From the NCBI GenBank assembly GCA_964402035.1, contig CAYOAM010000001.1:179558-243557 (forward strand): a DNA stretch of 64,000 bases, in the 5' to 3' direction. Made by a program: the position numbers and the translations under genes. The stretch is from an uncultured Candidatus Saccharibacteria bacterium. GTDB taxonomy: Bacteria > Patescibacteriota > Minisyncoccia > Phycocordibacterales > UBA918. The notes beneath the pieces are model-generated. The model searched no databases. It was not told the origin of the DNA and was given only the letters and a program-made list of their open reading frames with translations. Every line of letters begins with the position of its first letter. The stretch's first letter is position 1. This document shows positions 9,854-20,200 of this stretch, piece after piece.

Positions 9854-10345
9854 ATGGATAGACAAACAGTACTACTCATCGTTGCATTATTTGTCGCTAT
9901 CGTTGCGGGTATGTTTATTTTTTCATATATCAACAGAGCGGACACTGATACGGTCACTCCGCCTGTCACCGTTACACCTGAAGTGCCGGCACCAGTAGAC
10001 AATGGTCTTTTTGCTCGAATCGATGCAAAGCATTTTTACTCAGCATCGCTTGGGCTGCATACGGTAGCGGGAGAGCTCCCGATGCCAACGCCGTGTGATC
10101 TTCTTAATACCAATACGGTGTTGCTCGATGACGGTAAACGAGCAGTGATTTCGTTTGATGTGATCAATAACTCTGAAGGACTTTGTGCGCAAGTCATCAC
10201 TCCACAACGTTTCAAGGCAACATTTAAGGCATCAAAGGATATTAAAATAGAGGCTGTCCATCAAGGGAAACAGATCCCCCTCAATCTGATTGAGGCAGGG
10301 AAGGATGAAGATCCAGCGGATTTTGAATTGTTCCTGAAAGGATAG
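9854..10345 (+). CDS. Membrane-anchored hypothetical protein
   Basis: N-terminal TM helix (VLLIVALFVAIVAGMFIF). Followed by a strong terminator. Confidence 0.45.
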   Translation: MDRQTVLLIVALFVAIVAGMFIFSYINRADTDTVTPPVTVTPEVPAPVDNGLFARIDAKHFYSASLGLHTVAGELPMPTPCDLLNTNTVLLDDGKRAVISFDVINNSEGLCAQVITPQRFKATFKASKDIKIEAVHQGKQIPLNLIEAGKDEDPADFELFLKG

Positions 10346-10359
10346 GGCGCTTGTATAGA

Positions 10360-10404
10360 AACCGCCGCATAAAACCGCATAGCGGTTTTATGCGGCGGTT
10401 TTGT
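10360..10404 (+). terminator. Rho-independent terminator (19-bp perfect stem aaccgccgcataaaaccgc / gcggttttatgcggcggtt plus U-tract)
   Basis: Seen directly: long palindrome followed by TTTTG. Confidence 0.75.
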
Positions 10405-10970
10405 GTATTACAATACTCACTGTGGACACTACTTCAAAAATAACCGCTCTCGTGATCGTTGGTATTGCCCTTGGCATGTTTTCGGTTGCGGCGATTTTTC
10501 ACTATTGGTCACGTACACAAGAGCGCCTTGCGGCATCAGATTTTAGCAAAACATTGCAGGTGGTGGGTCAAAGCTCCTTACAAACGCTCGATGGAAAACC
10601 ATTTGACTTACGGGAGTATGCGGGAAGAGAGGTTGCAATATTTTTTTGGGCAAGCTGGTGTCCGTCATGTGGAGAAGAAATAGCTGCACTTTCACGGATT
10701 GTAGCAGAACATCCACATACGATCCCACTCATTGCTATAAACAGGAAAGAGACGCTCGATCTGGCAAAGGACTACTTACTGCATGTTGGAATTTCTAATG
10801 ACATCACGTACGTAGTAAGTGATAGTGATGACATCTATGCTTCGGTAGGTGGATTTGCGATGCCCGAACTAGTAATTTTTGGTACCGATGGTACGGTACA
10901 AGTACAGCGGCATGGTGTTTCAACCGAAGAGGAGTTACGTAGTCTGCTTGCACCATATCGCACACCATAA
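10401..10970 (+). CDS. TlpA/ResA-like thiol-disulfide oxidoreductase (thioredoxin fold), membrane-anchored; true start probably downstream (GTG 10422 or ATG 10476)
   Basis: WASWCPSCGEEIAAL is a CxxC redoxin motif, preceded by an N-terminal TM helix. The maximal ORF's TTG start overlaps the upstream terminator. Confidence 0.7.
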   Translation: MCITILTVDTTSKITALVIVGIALGMFSVAAIFHYWSRTQERLAASDFSKTLQVVGQSSLQTLDGKPFDLREYAGREVAIFFWASWCPSCGEEIAALSRIVAEHPHTIPLIAINRKETLDLAKDYLLHVGISNDITYVVSDSDDIYASVGGFAMPELVIFGTDGTVQVQRHGVSTEEELRSLLAPYRTP

Positions 10971-10985
10971 GCTAACAATATATAT

Positions 10986-12269
10986 ATGACACCTTTTGAA
11001 CAAATTCGCCTTCACATACAAGGAGCTGCTGAAGCAATTGGTATGTCGAGTGCTGAACGCACCATCTTTGAAACACCAGAACATAGCATTGAAAAAAAAT
11101 TGGTCGTTACGAAAAAAGATGGTACCGAGATGACGCTCGATGCGTATCGCGTGCAGTTTAACAATGCGCGCGGGCCGTACAAGGGGGGCATACGCTTTCA
11201 TCCAAAGGCTGATGTTGAAGAAGTGAAGGCTCTCGCTGCCGCGATGGCGGTGAAATGTGCTGTTGTTGGTATCCCGTTTGGTGGCGCCAAAGGCGGGGTT
11301 ACGTTTGACCCAAAGGCAGAAAATGCTGATACGATCGAGCGTGTAGCGCGCGCATATGCCCGCACATTTGCAGACCATATTGGTGTTGATACCGATATTC
11401 CAGCGCCCGACGTCTATACCAATCCCGAGATCATGGCGTATATGCTTGATGAGTATGAAAAAACCGTGGGGCATAGTGAGCCCGGTATGATTACGGGAAA
11501 ACCGATTATACTTGGAGGAAGTGCGGGGCGCGATATTGCAACAGCACAAGGTGGTGTCTATATTCTGGAAGAATTTTTAAAAACAAATGGTAAGGTTCCG
11601 AAAGATATTAGTATTGCAATCCAAGGGTTCGGCAATGCAGGAGCTACGATGGCGGAGCTTCTCTATGATCTTGGGTATACCATTGTGGCAGTGTCTGATA
11701 GTAAGGGGACATTATATGCTCCAAAAGGCTTAAATCCGCACACGGTACTTGCGGCAAAACATGCAGGCGATTCAGTTGTATCACTGTATTGCAAAGGTTC
11801 GGTATGTGATGATGCTGCACTTCTACGTGACGAGGTGTCGGTACTTGCGCCCGATGCCGTACTATCGTTGGCAGTTGATGTACTTATTCCTGCGGCACTT
11901 GATAATCAAATTCATAAAGATAACGTCGGTGCTGTGCATGCAACATGTATCCTTGAGCTAGCAAATAATCCGGTCACTCCTGAGGCTGACGCGCTACTCA
12001 AAGATAGAGGTGTAGTTGTTATTCCAGACGTGCTCGCAAATGCTGGTGGGGTTACCGTTTCGTATTTGGAATGGGTGCAAAATCGTCAAGGGTATTATTT
12101 TACAAAAGATGATGTACTAGAGCGGATGAAAAACATTATGGTTACTGCGTATCATGCAGTAGAGGGGGAAGTCGCAAAAAGTTCGACGAGTTTTAGAGAA
12201 GCAGCATACCGGATCGGCGTTGCCCGAATACATGAAGCAATGAGAGTACGGGGACGCTATCGGGTCTAG
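10986..12269 (+). CDS. gdhA: NAD(P)-specific glutamate dehydrogenase
   Basis: Glu/Leu/Phe/Val dehydrogenase signature GGIRFHPKADVEEVKALAAAMAVKCAVVGIPFGGAKGG, Rossmann GFGNAG, length 427 aa. Confidence 0.9.
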   Translation: MTPFEQIRLHIQGAAEAIGMSSAERTIFETPEHSIEKKLVVTKKDGTEMTLDAYRVQFNNARGPYKGGIRFHPKADVEEVKALAAAMAVKCAVVGIPFGGAKGGVTFDPKAENADTIERVARAYARTFADHIGVDTDIPAPDVYTNPEIMAYMLDEYEKTVGHSEPGMITGKPIILGGSAGRDIATAQGGVYILEEFLKTNGKVPKDISIAIQGFGNAGATMAELLYDLGYTIVAVSDSKGTLYAPKGLNPHTVLAAKHAGDSVVSLYCKGSVCDDAALLRDEVSVLAPDAVLSLAVDVLIPAALDNQIHKDNVGAVHATCILELANNPVTPEADALLKDRGVVVIPDVLANAGGVTVSYLEWVQNRQGYYFTKDDVLERMKNIMVTAYHAVEGEVAKSSTSFREAAYRIGVARIHEAMRVRGRYRV

Positions 12270-12449
12270 AGGGACTTCAACGGCCTAATAATGGCTCATT
12301 TGAGCCGATATTTGTGGCTTTTTGGCCATGTGGACAACTATCGTTGTATATGGTACAATACAAACAGACTAGTTAAGAAATTTTTGAGAAACCGGAAAAT
12401 ATCCAACTGTATCCTCGTCAGATACAGTCCGTTTCTCAACAATTTCTAT

Positions 12450-12611
12450 ATGCGTATAAATCGCGCAATTGGCTTGATCATTTTCTTGTTGATCGCCAAA
12501 GTACTTTTAGCGGATGTTTTTGTCGCTTTCTCCCGTTCTATCGTCGCTACGATGGGAACCGTTGAGACAGCGTCGCAGACGGCTACCGCTACGATGCTGG
12601 AGCATCGCTAA
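12450..12611 (+). CDS. Possible small hydrophobic protein (53 aa); weak call
   Basis: ATG-initiated ORF with one TM helix (GLIIFLLIAKVLLADVFVAF) in an otherwise unexplained 400-nt gap that ends in a terminator. No clear RBS. Confidence 0.2.
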   Translation: MRINRAIGLIIFLLIAKVLLADVFVAFSRSIVATMGTVETASQTATATMLEHR

Positions 12612-12631
12612 AACTCCACAAAGGGTTCAAG

Positions 12632-12658
12632 GGCCAAGCATTCGCTTGGCCTTTTGTT
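12632..12658 (+). terminator. Rho-independent terminator (ggccaagc-attc-gcttggcc plus TTTTGTTG)
   Basis: Seen directly. Confidence 0.6.
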
Positions 12659-12674
12659 GTAGTATACTAATAGT

Positions 12675-13712
12675 ATGAAAAACAGATATCCTGAATATAT
12701 TTTCTTTTTCGGACTATTTGCAATCGTGAGTTATGTCATGTGGCAGATCTTCACTCCTTTTATCAGCACATTTGCGCTGGCTGTTATCATTGCAACTGTG
12801 TGCTATCCGCTCTATGCGCGCTTACTTAAGATTGTTCCCCGCAACAGTCCAACCGGCGCAGCATTGCTTTCCGTATTGATTATTGCGGTGACTATTTTTG
12901 TACCACTTTTTATTGTGGGGTATATGCTTTTTACCGAAGCAGTTTCGTTTTATGAGACGGTCAATGTGGGTGGTAGTAGTGGTTTTTCAAGCCAGATCTT
13001 AGTGCTTGAAAAAATGCTTGGCACGCTGTTGCCGGGGTATTCTATTGATGTTGCTGATATTGTACGACAAGGTGCAGGTTGGGTTGCCTCTCATATGGGT
13101 TCGATTTTTGCAGGGACTGCGTCAACAATCTTTATGCTGTTTATGGTGTTGGTGTCCCTATTCTATCTTTTGCGCGACGGGGCAGAGTTTGCGCAAAAGC
13201 TGATCCGTCTCAGCCCGCTCCAAGACGTACACGATATCTATATTATTGAAAAGCTTGCCACAGCTATTCGCTCGGTCGTACTTGGTACGCTCGTGGTTGC
13301 GCTGATACAGGGGGTCTTAACATCGATCGGGTTTACTATTTTTGGCATAAACCAAGCGGTCTTGTGGGGTAGTGTTGCGGCGATTGGTGCGCTGATTCCT
13401 GGTGTGGGCACAAGCCTTGTCTTTATCGTTGTAGTCGCGTTTTCAGTCTTTAATGGTGCCTACCTAACTGCAGGTTTGCTTACAGCATGGGGGGTTTTTG
13501 CTGTCGGCCTCATAGACAATTTTCTTGGTCCATACCTTATGAGTCGCGGTGCAGCATTGCATCCGTTTGCTGTCCTAGTATCTGTCTTGGGCGGTATTGG
13601 AGTATTTGGACCAGCAGGATTTCTTATTGGACCCGTGATTTTGAGTTTCTTTATTGTGCTTTTGGAACTCTATACCACGCATATGCGTGATACCGAAAAA
13701 CATGCACGATAG
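12675..13712 (+). CDS. AI-2E family transporter (PerM/UPF0118)
   Basis: About 8 TM helices. Conserved C-terminal region (WGSVAAIGALIPGVGTSLVFIVV...GLIDNFLGPYLMSRGAALHPFAVLVSVLGG). Confidence 0.75.
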   Translation: MKNRYPEYIFFFGLFAIVSYVMWQIFTPFISTFALAVIIATVCYPLYARLLKIVPRNSPTGAALLSVLIIAVTIFVPLFIVGYMLFTEAVSFYETVNVGGSSGFSSQILVLEKMLGTLLPGYSIDVADIVRQGAGWVASHMGSIFAGTASTIFMLFMVLVSLFYLLRDGAEFAQKLIRLSPLQDVHDIYIIEKLATAIRSVVLGTLVVALIQGVLTSIGFTIFGINQAVLWGSVAAIGALIPGVGTSLVFIVVVAFSVFNGAYLTAGLLTAWGVFAVGLIDNFLGPYLMSRGAALHPFAVLVSVLGGIGVFGPAGFLIGPVILSFFIVLLELYTTHMRDTEKHAR

Positions 13713-14124
13713 AAATTCACTTTTAGCTTTTTTTCGAGTCAACGGTATTTCTGCGGATGTACCCAAAGACACTATTACTGAGTCACTCAGAAATATTGGA
13801 TGGAGCGAATCTGAAATAAACAATGCACACCAGGTACTTGGGGGAGCGGACGCACATCCGACCGTATCTACAGCCGATGTAGCTACTGCGTATGATCTAG
13901 GGCTCTCATATTCTTCGACACAAGTCTCGAGCCTCCTTGGTATTCATGTTCAGATTGATCCATCAGTGGTACGCTCCAATGAGGAACACCAGGCTGCTCG
14001 TGGAAATCATATCTATGCGTTCTTGGGTACCTGCGCAATAGTGATACTATCGCTCGCCATCGCTGTTGGTGCTGGTACCGCTGCAGCGTATGTGTTTGAG
14101 GTTGGGCCTTTTTTGGGGAAGTAA
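13702..14124 (+). CDS. Hypothetical protein with C-terminal TM helix
   Basis: ATG at 13702 overlaps the upstream stop by 11 nt. C-terminal TM helix (LGTCAIVILSLAIAVGAGTAAAY). Confidence 0.4.
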   Translation: MHDRNSLLAFFRVNGISADVPKDTITESLRNIGWSESEINNAHQVLGGADAHPTVSTADVATAYDLGLSYSSTQVSSLLGIHVQIDPSVVRSNEEHQAARGNHIYAFLGTCAIVILSLAIAVGAGTAAAYVFEVGPFLGK

Positions 14125-14163
14125 CTTGTTCTTTTTCTTCTCTCTGCGTATGATGCCTACCAC

Positions 14164-15219
14164 ATGATACGTCGTTTTGAATATGCTTTTTTACTATGTC
14201 TCTGTGCGACACTGTCTGCCGTTTTTTTTATGCGTACGATACCGTATGCGCCGCTACAGGTTGCTTCGTTTATTTCTTCGCAGCAAAAAATTGTCGAGTC
14301 AAAACCGATTCTTTTTACCGGTGATGTTATGTTGGCTCGACACGTAGAGGTACATATGGACGAAAAAGGTCGCGCATACCCATTTGCATTGATCCGTGAT
14401 TTTTTGGAAAAGTACCCGTACGTGGTGGGGAATTTTGAGGCTGCCATTGCAAAGGTGCATGTTGCGACACCCGATATGACGATGCGATTTTCAGTGGATG
14501 CTTTTTTGGCATCGATTTTACCTGATGTTGGCTTTACGCACATCACACTAGCAAACAATCATGCATATGATTTTGGCAAAAGTGGTCTTGCGGAAACAAA
14601 GAGGATTCTCTCGGATCTCGGGCTATCTGTCGGTGGTCATCCATCGACCATGAGTATTGACGATGTGCTGTATATAGACGCCGACGGACTCACGGTAGCT
14701 ATTGTGCCGATTCATGCGACTGTGGCAGCACCCGATCATGCCGTACTGGACGATATATTTGTCACCACAGCTTCTTCGTCCGATATGCAGATCGCATATA
14801 TACATTGGGGTGTTGAGTATCAAGAAAAACCGTCACCACACCAAGTAGACTTGGCTCATACACTGGTGGCGCTCGGTGCTGATGCTGTCATAGGACACCA
14901 TCCTCATGTAGTTCAAAGTATTGAGATGCATCACGGCGTTCCGATTTTTTATTCTCTGGGTAACTTTATTTTTGATCAATACTGGAATCGAGATGTACAA
15001 ACGGGACTTTTGATTTCCCTTGCACGAATTGGCGATACTATTCAATTTACATTGTTTCCCATCGAGAGTACCGATAGCGTGCCTTCACTTGCAGTGGATG
15101 AAGTCCGCTTGCGCGCTTTAGAAGATTTGTCTGTGATAAGTGATTCGTCACTAACAGCCTCAATCAAGAGTGGCGTCCTTACAATACCTATGTCTGTTCT
15201 TGCGTCTCGGCCGCAATAA
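14164..15219 (+). CDS. capA: CapA/PGA_cap family protein (poly-gamma-glutamate/capsule biosynthesis metallophosphatase-like)
   Basis: ILFTGDVMLARHV...GNFEAAI...HITLANNHAYDFG...AYIHWGVEYQEKPSPHQVDLAH..GADAVIGHHPHVVQ..YSLGNFIFDQ matches the CapA family pattern. Confidence 0.7.
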   Translation: MIRRFEYAFLLCLCATLSAVFFMRTIPYAPLQVASFISSQQKIVESKPILFTGDVMLARHVEVHMDEKGRAYPFALIRDFLEKYPYVVGNFEAAIAKVHVATPDMTMRFSVDAFLASILPDVGFTHITLANNHAYDFGKSGLAETKRILSDLGLSVGGHPSTMSIDDVLYIDADGLTVAIVPIHATVAAPDHAVLDDIFVTTASSSDMQIAYIHWGVEYQEKPSPHQVDLAHTLVALGADAVIGHHPHVVQSIEMHHGVPIFYSLGNFIFDQYWNRDVQTGLLISLARIGDTIQFTLFPIESTDSVPSLAVDEVRLRALEDLSVISDSSLTASIKSGVLTIPMSVLASRPQ

Positions 15220-15256
15220 TGCTTTTATAAGCTCTATTATTCTGTAGTCTTCACAT

Positions 15257-15790
15257 ATGGATTTCAAGCGGGATGAGTTGGTGGGCATATTTGTGAGCAT
15301 TGTCATAGCAACAGCAATTTTTGCTGTGTTACGGTTTGATATGTTCACAAAGCTTCAAACCTATATGGCCACTCCATCCGAAGTAGAAACAGTGGAGATT
15401 GATGCATCAGACGACCAGAGTGCACTCAAGGAACTTTTAACAGGAAGCTTCACGAAAAATGGAAAGATTACGAAGCTAATTATTCAAGATTCCAAGGTAG
15501 GGGATGGCGCAGTTGTGCACGAAGGGTCACGCGTTACTGTGCACTATATTGGCAAGTTGCAAGATGGAACAAAATTTGACAGTTCATACGATCGCAATGA
15601 GCCATACGTATTTACGGTAGGTGAAGGAAGTGTGATCAAAGGATGGGACACTGGTCTTTTGGGTATGAAGGTCGGAGGAGAACGCATTTTGGTTATTCCC
15701 GACAATCTTGCATATGGAAATCGCGAAGTCGGTACCATACCTCCTCGTTCGACGTTGCTATTTGCTATTGAGCTAATCAAGAGTGAGTAA
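15257..15790 (+). CDS. FKBP-type peptidyl-prolyl cis-trans isomerase, membrane-anchored
   Basis: VTVHYIGKLQDGTKFDSSYDRNEPYVFTVGEGSVIKGWDTGLLGMKVGGERILVIPDNLAYG...LLFAIELI is a classic FKBP domain. N-terminal TM helix. Confidence 0.85.
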   Translation: MDFKRDELVGIFVSIVIATAIFAVLRFDMFTKLQTYMATPSEVETVEIDASDDQSALKELLTGSFTKNGKITKLIIQDSKVGDGAVVHEGSRVTVHYIGKLQDGTKFDSSYDRNEPYVFTVGEGSVIKGWDTGLLGMKVGGERILVIPDNLAYGNREVGTIPPRSTLLFAIELIKSE

Positions 15791-17022
15791 TGTCTACACC
15801 CGTCTCGTTCAGCGTGCAAAAAAAACTCAAAAATACACTAGGACGTGTAGGCACTATTCACACGCCACATGGTGATATTGAAACACCGGCTTTTGTCGTT
15901 GTGGGTACCAAGGCTACTGTGAAGTCGGTGAAGACTGACGATCTTGTGGAATACATAGGTAATCAATCGGTACTCGCCAACACCTATCATCTCTATTTGC
16001 AGCCGGGTCATGAGCTCGTGAAGGAAGCAGGTGGTCTGCATACCTTTATGAATTGGAAAGGACCACTTTGGACGGACTCTGGCGGATTTCAAGTGTTTTC
16101 TCTCGGAGCCGCGTTTGGCAAAGGTGTCAGCAAATTTCAAGCTGCTGAAGTCGTGACTGAGAGCGATCAGCGACCTACCGTGTATAGTCAAGAAAACGCA
16201 ATGGAGCACGGAAAACTTTGTGTAATTGATGAGGAGGGAGTGACCTTCACCTCACATATCGATGGGTCACTTCATCGCTTCACGGCAGAACGTTCAATAG
16301 AAATCCAACATGCACTCGGTGCCGACCTTATCTTTGTTTTTGATGAATGTACGTCTCCAAGTGCCGAGTATGACTATCAAAAAGAGGCACTGGAGCGTAC
16401 GATGCGGTGGAGCAAGCGCTCAATACTTGCGCACAAGCGCAACTATGATGCACTTAAAAAGCAGGGACTATACGGTATCGTCCAAGGGGGACGCTATACA
16501 GATTTGCGACAACAAAGCGCAACAGAACTTTCAAAAATGGATTTTGATGGCTATGGCATCGGGGGATCCTTTTCAAAAGAAGATCTTGGTGAGTCACTGC
16601 GAGTCGTCAATGAGATTTTGCCCGAAGAAAAACCACGGCATCTTTTGGGTATTGGAGAGCCTGAAGATATGTTTGCGGGAGTAGAGCAGGGATGCGATAC
16701 GTTTGATTGTGTGTTGCCAACACGTTTGGGGAGAAATGGTACGCTCTATACGAGCGGTGGCAAGATCGCGATCACAAACGCAGCGTACCAGCGAGACTTT
16801 GGACCCATAGATGCAACATGCGGCTGTATGGTGTGCAAAAATTATTCTCGTGCATACCTTGCGCATTTGTTTAAATCACATGAAATGGTCGGCTCTCATT
16901 TGGGATCACTCCACAACATTTATTTCATCACCACCTTAGTGCGCAATATCCGCAATGCAATACTAGAAGATCGGTACGCCGTGTTCAAAGATACCTTTTT
17001 TGCGAGGTATAGAGTGAAATAA
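15790..17022 (+). CDS. tgt: Queuine tRNA-ribosyltransferase (tRNA-guanine transglycosylase)
   Basis: HTPHGDIETPAFVVVGT, GIGEPED, LPTRLGRNG and Zn-site C..CGC.VC..YSRAYLAHL motifs. 410 aa. Confidence 0.9.
   Translation: MSTPVSFSVQKKLKNTLGRVGTIHTPHGDIETPAFVVVGTKATVKSVKTDDLVEYIGNQSVLANTYHLYLQPGHELVKEAGGLHTFMNWKGPLWTDSGGFQVFSLGAAFGKGVSKFQAAEVVTESDQRPTVYSQENAMEHGKLCVIDEEGVTFTSHIDGSLHRFTAERSIEIQHALGADLIFVFDECTSPSAEYDYQKEALERTMRWSKRSILAHKRNYDALKKQGLYGIVQGGRYTDLRQQSATELSKMDFDGYGIGGSFSKEDLGESLRVVNEILPEEKPRHLLGIGEPEDMFAGVEQGCDTFDCVLPTRLGRNGTLYTSGGKIAITNAAYQRDFGPIDATCGCMVCKNYSRAYLAHLFKSHEMVGSHLGSLHNIYFITTLVRNIRNAILEDRYAVFKDTFFARYRVK
16995..17022. repeat. 28-bp direct repeat copy 1 (cttttttgcgaggtatagagtgaaataa) at the tgt 3' end; left boundary of the Rhs island
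   Basis: An identical 28-mer recurs at 31592-31619. Confidence 0.8.
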
Positions 17023-17039
17023 GTAATACTGTTTTTACT

Positions 17040-17230
17040 GGTGGACGCCAGAATGCCCCGATGCTTGCATCGGGGATGAATGCCGCCCCGATTCCGCGCC
17101 GCTCTAAGCGGCATGCGGATCGGAAGCGCGCCCGGTGGGCGCACACATCCAGCTAAACACCACGGTAGTTTTCCGCTAATACCACGTCAGCTCTGCTGCG
17201 GGGATCGACGGAAAACTTATTTTTACTTAG
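17040..17230 (+). other. GC-rich structured non-coding element (several perfect hairpins) between tgt and the rhs gene; function unknown
   Basis: Local GC is well above the window background. Hairpins ccccgatgc-ttg-catcgggg, gccgct-cta-agcggc and gcgccc-ggt-gggcgc. The overlapping ORFs (16920-17144 minus, 17080-17298 plus) look spurious. Confidence 0.3.
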
Positions 17231-17294
17231 CAGTGGCACAACTTTCTTTACTTCATATAAATAGTATATATACTGATACTATTACCCTCGACAT

Positions 17295-20200
17295 ATGAAT
17301 GGTAGTAGACAATGGTGTGTATCTATCGGACAGAGTTTTAATTCAGTGTATAGAAAAACCGTGAGCATCCTGCTCGCGGTTTTTTTGTTACTCGAACCGC
17401 TCACCCCACTCTTTGCGGCAGAAGAGGTGCCACAAACAACCGACGCTCCCGCAACCACTAGTGCTCCTGTTGATACAACGCCCGTCATCACAGTACCAAG
17501 AGGTACAGAACCACCACCAGAAACCAATACTTCACAGACAGAAGACGGCGTGGAATTTAGTGTTGATGGAAAAACACCAGAGATAAAACCTCCACCAAAA
17601 GTGGAACAACCATCCGAAGATACGAAAAAGCTCGAAGAGGTAGAGCCGGAAACAGAGTCTCTCATGGGGATGGGTGGAGCAACTCAAGGTAGTGATCGTG
17701 GTCAAGTACGCCTTAGCTCAAAGATCAATGAACAGGACGGCGCATTTACGTACGACTACCCCCTTATGGTGCCTCCAGGAAGAAATGGGAGAGAACCCAG
17801 CTTAGTTCTTTCATACAATAGCAGAGGGGGAGGCGATGATGATATCTTTGGATACGGCTGGAGTATCAACATCCCTTTTATCGAGCGGGTCAACAAGGTT
17901 GGCAGCGAACAGATATTCACCCAGAGTGTTTTTTATTCCTCCCTCGGAGGTGAACTCGTACAAATAGGAAGCACGACGCAGTATCGTCCCAAAGTAGAAA
18001 CAGGAGAATTTCTAAAATATGTCTTTGCAAATGACCTCTGGAAGATCACCGATAAAAGCGGTACAGTCTACACCTTTGGGTCCACCACCTCTTCGCGCGA
18101 GGATAATGCTGCAAGTTCAACTCAGATTGCGAAATGGATGCTCGACGAGGTACGTGATACGAATGACAACTATGTAAAGTACACGTACTACAAGGCAGAC
18201 AATCGCGCGTATCCTGCGACAATCGTGTATACAGGCAGTGGGGCGACAGATGGCCCATTTTCTATTTCTTTTGTGCGTAGTACGACTACCAGCAATTCTC
18301 CCCGGTACGAAAGCGGTTTTGCCGCTACAACCACGTACCGTATTTCAGAAATTAACACTGCGGTAAGTGGCAGTTGGGTGAGAAAATATGCGCTCGCGTA
18401 TGGGGTAGGGGACAACAGTGTGCGCACACTTCTTTCAGGTATCACTGAGAGTGCACGCACCGAAGGTAGTACAGCATCAACTACCATGCCGGCAACTACG
18501 TTTACATACGAAAACACGATGAGTCAGACATGGACCGCTTCTTCATGGGCGCTTCCAGAGCCATTTACACAAAATGGCATCGACATGGGTACGCGCGATG
18601 TGGATATAAACGGTGACGGCTTTCCTGACATCATTCGTTTTTATAGAGATGCGACAGGGACTACGATCAAACGAGTGTATCTTAACAACAAGGTTGACGG
18701 CTGGACCTTGCAGAGTTCATGGGACTGGACCTACTTCACCGTACCATTTTCAGAATATTATGCAGTGGGTGACAGCAATGCGCGGAATGACAATGGTGTA
18801 CGTTTTGCGGATGTGAATGGAGACGCCTTAACTGACGTGCTCATTGGTTATGATGGAAATGGCTCGAGTGACACACAAAAAATCTATATCAACTATGGCG
18901 CCGGATGGTCGTACGATTCTTCATGGGTACTGCCTGTGTACTTCACTCGTTACTATAGCTCGCGAGTGTGGGACAACGGTGTGCGCATCGCAGATATAAA
19001 TGGTGACGGTCTTCCCGATTTAGTTTCTGCACAGTGGAATGCGTCAAGTACGCTCTCAACAGTTTTTTTGAATACCGGGAGTGGTTGGAGCACGACCACT
19101 TCATGGGTTATGCCGCGTGCATTTACTGGAGCATATGATGGTGTCCACCAAGGCAAAGACCTTGGTACACAACTAGTCGATGTGAACGGAGATGGACTTA
19201 CTGACGTGGTGCATGGGCTCAAGAGTACAATATTTGGTAACTCAAAAAATACGTATCTCAATACCGGAAGTGGTTGGGCAACAAGTACGCTATGGGACCT
19301 CCCAGACTATCTCATCTGGGCAGACGAAGCGGTGTCCGATATAGGATATCGATTTGAGGACGTCAATGGCGATGGACTTGTAGATCTTTCTATCAATAAC
19401 ACATTCGGGGGTTCGATTCCGGATGATGATATCTATATTAATACGGGTGCTGGTTGGACCAATAGTATCGGTAATTTTCCACCCTACCAGTTTGTCACAA
19501 GTACAGGAGATACAGGGGCACGCTTTATGGATGTGAATGCCGACCGTTTACCAGACGAAGTGTACGGCAACACGTCAAGTTCGACAGGGCCCGTAAGTTC
19601 CGAAGAGACCTATTTGAATCGTCGTGAAGTCGGTGACCTTCTTATCAATGTCACCGAACCGAAAGGCGGGACACTTGCCATTACCTACCAAAGCTCACAT
19701 GAGTACAGGAGTGCTGGGAGCTCGACAAATCCCTCTCTCCCATTTCCGATCACCACTGTAGCCACTACGACAAAAGATGCTGGATTCGGCACCACCGAGA
19801 CACAAGCTTATCTCTATGAAGGTGGTGACTACTGGTTTGACGCCACTCTATTTCGTGATCGTAAGTTTGCTGGATTTAGTACCATGACAAAAACTGGTCC
19901 AACTCAGAAAGAGAGAATCTATTTTCACCAAGGGAATGAGACGAATGTCACATCTGGAGAATACGCCGATGACAGTACAAAAATTGGTTTCCCATACCGC
20001 AGTGAAGTGGCCGACCTTGCTAATCGTCCCTATAAAGTCTCAACAAGTGAGTGGGTGACAAGTGACCTTGGAAGTAGCGCTTCATTTGTGAAGGAGACAC
20101 AGACGATCGATCTTGCATACGATGGAGACAGTGACTACAAAGCGCGGGCGGTGACGTATGTATACGATGACACAAACGGTCTTCTCACTACCAAAACCGA

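Noticed and set aside
10935-11549. 204-aa minus-strand ORF
   Set aside because: Antisense to gdhA, which has an unmistakable dehydrogenase signature on the plus strand.
16920-17298. Two short ORFs (16920-17144 minus, 17080-17298 plus) over the GC-rich element
   Set aside because: They are Arg/Pro/Gly-rich translations of a GC-rich hairpin region with no start context. They fit a structured non-coding element better.
17190-17300. Possible tmRNA 5' end (ggggatcgacgg)
   Set aside because: Only a 12-nt resemblance. No tRNA-like 3' end, no tag reading frame, and the region is under 200 nt.
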